Assembly (NCBI GenBank): GCA_000934665.2
Contig: KZ538428.1
Location: 1-64,000 of the forward strand
Length of the DNA: 64,000 nucleotides
Direction: 5' to 3'
Origin: Catajapyx aquilonaris
Lineage: Eukaryota
Positions 63,408 to 64,000 of this stretch are shown here, one piece after another. Position 1 is the stretch's first letter. Each line of letters opens with the position of its first letter. The notes below the pieces were generated by a model. It searched no databases. It was given only the letters and a program-made list of their open reading frames with translations, and had not been told where the DNA came from. Both the position numbers and the translations under genes were made by a program.

Positions 63408-63541
63408 GCAGACAGGCAGCCTGCAGGCCTAAACATCCCGTTGGTGTAGTTCACCCGTCGGAGGAAGTCCTTGGTATCGCTTCGATTCACGAGAGAGCCC
63501 ACATTCAGGGAACAAAATGCGGAAGCAATTTGACACCAAAG
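63408..63541 (+). CDS. Unknown spliced gene, coding exon 4 (gene continues beyond window)
   Basis: gtttctgcag|GC ... AAG|gtacag; phase 1 to 0; open frame GRQAACRPKHPVGVVHPSEEVLG...LTPK. Confidence 0.55.
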
Positions 63542-63592
63542 GTACAGAAAGCATGACATTAGTAATGAACACAACTTGAATGAACGTTAGTT

Positions 63593-63763
63593 ATAATAAT
63601 TATATAATAATAATAATAATAATTCTTGGGTAGTGCCTGACCCTATATAGGGTATGCGGCATGGACCTTTATTGTAACTTGTAGTACATAGACCATATTT
63701 TTGAAACGCCCGGGCCCATGGGCAGGATGACAGGAGAGAATGTGCAAGGTGCAGTGCAATGTC
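63593..63763 (-). mobile_element. SINE family B, 3' half (cut by a piggyBac MITE)
   Basis: (TTA)n tail; body matches 52690-52750; ends at TTAA 63764. Confidence 0.8.
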
Positions 63764-63767
63764 TTAA

Positions 63768-64000
63768 ACCTGGAACCGTGCCATGGGGTCTTTTTGGACC
63801 TCAAGTATTTAAAATTATAATTACAATGAACTTTTGCCATTTTTTTACAGTATATAGCAGGAAGTGCATGTTTATTTTGAATTAGCGATCATTTTAGGCA
63901 TTGTTCAAAGAATGATTGCATATAGTCATTACATTGAAAAGTATTATATAACAATTAATAAAAATTGAAATATGGATGGGGTCTGAAAAGGCCCCACGGC
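63768..64000. mobile_element. piggyBac-type MITE, uninterrupted copy of the LINE's host family (runs off the window)
   Basis: TTAA|ACCTGGAACCGTG; colinear with 57467-57553 plus 62291-62430. Confidence 0.87.

Overview
Repeat-rich eukaryotic genomic DNA, most likely from an arthropod (inferred from the spastin N-terminus and the SINE domain types). Host genes: (1) the first six coding exons of spastin on the minus strand, 25986 down to 2825, with the rest beyond the window start; (2) a complete three-exon symplekin gene on the minus strand, 45870 to 35664, about 1154 aa; (3) an unrecognised spliced plus-strand gene from 56454, with four phase-consistent exons, running off the window end; (4) a frameshifted, intronless LRR-type pseudogene head-to-head with gene 3. 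A cluster of RFX X-box motifs lies next to genes 3 and 4. Mobile DNA dominates the rest: a near full-length but disrupted RTE-X-like LINE (57554-62290), a decayed mariner, two older LINE remnants, 13 tRNA-headed SINE copies in five families, and more than 25 MITE/fold-back elements (Tc1/mariner-, piggyBac-, hAT-, Harbinger-, Kolobok- and Sola-like ends). Highlights: a 3'-terminal RNA fold with compensatory changes shared by the LINE and three SINE families; a LINE insertion carrying a templated copy of its own target site; and a spastin 5' end that mirrors the human uORF/M1/M87 leaky-scanning arrangement. All calls were made by eye, with no database searches.
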